Assembly: GCF_030028105.1 (NCBI RefSeq)
Contig: NC_092381.1
Location: 62,026,505 to 62,090,504 of the forward strand
DNA from: Mobula birostris
Taxonomy: Eukaryota
Direction of reading: 5' to 3'
DNA: 64,000 nt
This document shows, piece after piece, positions 63,001 through 64,000 of this stretch (position 1 is its first letter; every line of letters starts with the position of its first letter). The notes beneath the pieces were generated by a model. The model searched no databases. It saw only the letters and a list, made by a program, of their open reading frames with translations, and had not been told where the DNA came from. A program made the position numbers and the translations under genes.

Positions 63001-64000
63001 GGGAAGTTTGGCCAGGTGGATTCAGAATTGGCTTGCCTGCAGAAGGCAGAGGGTTGTGGTGGAGGGAGTACATTCAGATTGGAGGATTGTGACTAGTGGT
63101 GTCCCACAAGGATCTGTTCTGGGACCTCTACTTTTCGTGATTTTTATTATCGACCTGGATGTGGGGGTAGAAGGGTGGGTTGGCAAGTTTGCAGACGACA
63201 CAAAGGTTGGTGGTGTTGTACATAGTGTAGAGGATTGTCAAAGATTGCAGAGAGACATTGATAGGATGCAGAAGTGGCAGATGGAATTCAACCCAGAGAA
63301 GTGTGAGGTGGTACACTTTGGAAGGACAAACTCCAAGGCAGAGTACAAAGTAAATGGCAGGATACTTGGTAGTGTGGAGGAGCAGAGGGATCTGGGGGTA
63401 CATGTCCACACATCCCTGAAAGTTGCCTCACAGGTGGATAGGGTAGTTAAGAAAGTCATGGGGTGTTAGCTTTCATAAGTCGAGGGATAGAGTTTAAGAG
63501 TTGCGATGTAATGATGCAGCTCTATAAAACTCTGGTTAGGCCACACTTGGAGTACTGTGTCCAGTTCTGGTCGCCTCACTATAGGAAGGGTGTGGAAGCA
63601 TTGGAAAGGGTACAGAGGAGATTTACCAGGATGCTGCCTGGTTTAGAGAGTATGCATTATGATCAGAGATTAAGGGAGCTAGGGCTTTACTCTTTGAAGA
63701 GAAGGAGATTGAGAGGAGACATGATAGAGGTGTATAAGATAATAAGAGGAATAGATAGAGTGGATAGCCAGCGCCTCTTCCCCAGGGCACCACTGCTCAA
63801 TACAAGAGGGCATGGCTTTAAGGTAAGGGGTGGGAAGTTCAAGGGGGGTATTAGATGAAGGTTTTTTACTCAGAGAGTGGTTGGTGCGTGGAATGCACTT
63901 CCTGAGTCAGTGGTGGAGGCAGATACACTAGAGAAGTTTAAGAGATTACTAGACAGGTATATAGAGGAAATTAAGGTGGGGGGGTTATATGGGAGGCAGG
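60050..64000 (+). mobile_element. Near-full-length CR1 LINE (second subfamily), runs off window
   Basis: ORF1 from ATG 60155 (CLSC..ICQNC, IGNSIVRG, IGTND, DGLHL) with in-frame stops; ORF2 [30 protein letters not shown]. Confidence 0.95.

Overview
Vertebrate genomic DNA, very probably a cartilaginous fish (shark or ray), inferred from the repeat repertoire and not confirmed. The window lies inside one minus-strand gene, CACHD1 (VWA and cache domain-containing protein 1, an alpha2delta-like calcium-channel modulator). I mapped 19 consecutive coding exons by hand, equivalent to human exons 3-21. They total 2714 nt, have phase-compatible junctions, and use GT-AG sites except one GC donor; exons 1-2 and 22 onward lie outside the window. 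The introns are filled with transposable elements: two near-full-length CR1 LINEs (esterase ORF1 plus APE/RT ORF2) arranged head-to-head, many CR1 fragments, Rex1/Babar, Tx1, an L1 with a 16-bp TSD, Penelope-like (GIY-YIG) elements, two hAT families and several SINEs. The most interesting observations are: (1) a 1.9-kb fold-back Penelope insertion nested in the L1 and a 138-bp miniature with the same asymmetric ends and a 14-bp TSD, both carrying minimal hammerhead-ribozyme sequence; (2) a diverged copy of the CACHD1 exon-8 splice acceptor pasted into a CR1 fragment 3 kb upstream of the real exon; (3) a hAT MITE carrying a captured CR1 3' tail, present twice in inverted orientation around exons 8-20. 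Exon numbering and family names come from recalled knowledge, not from a database search.
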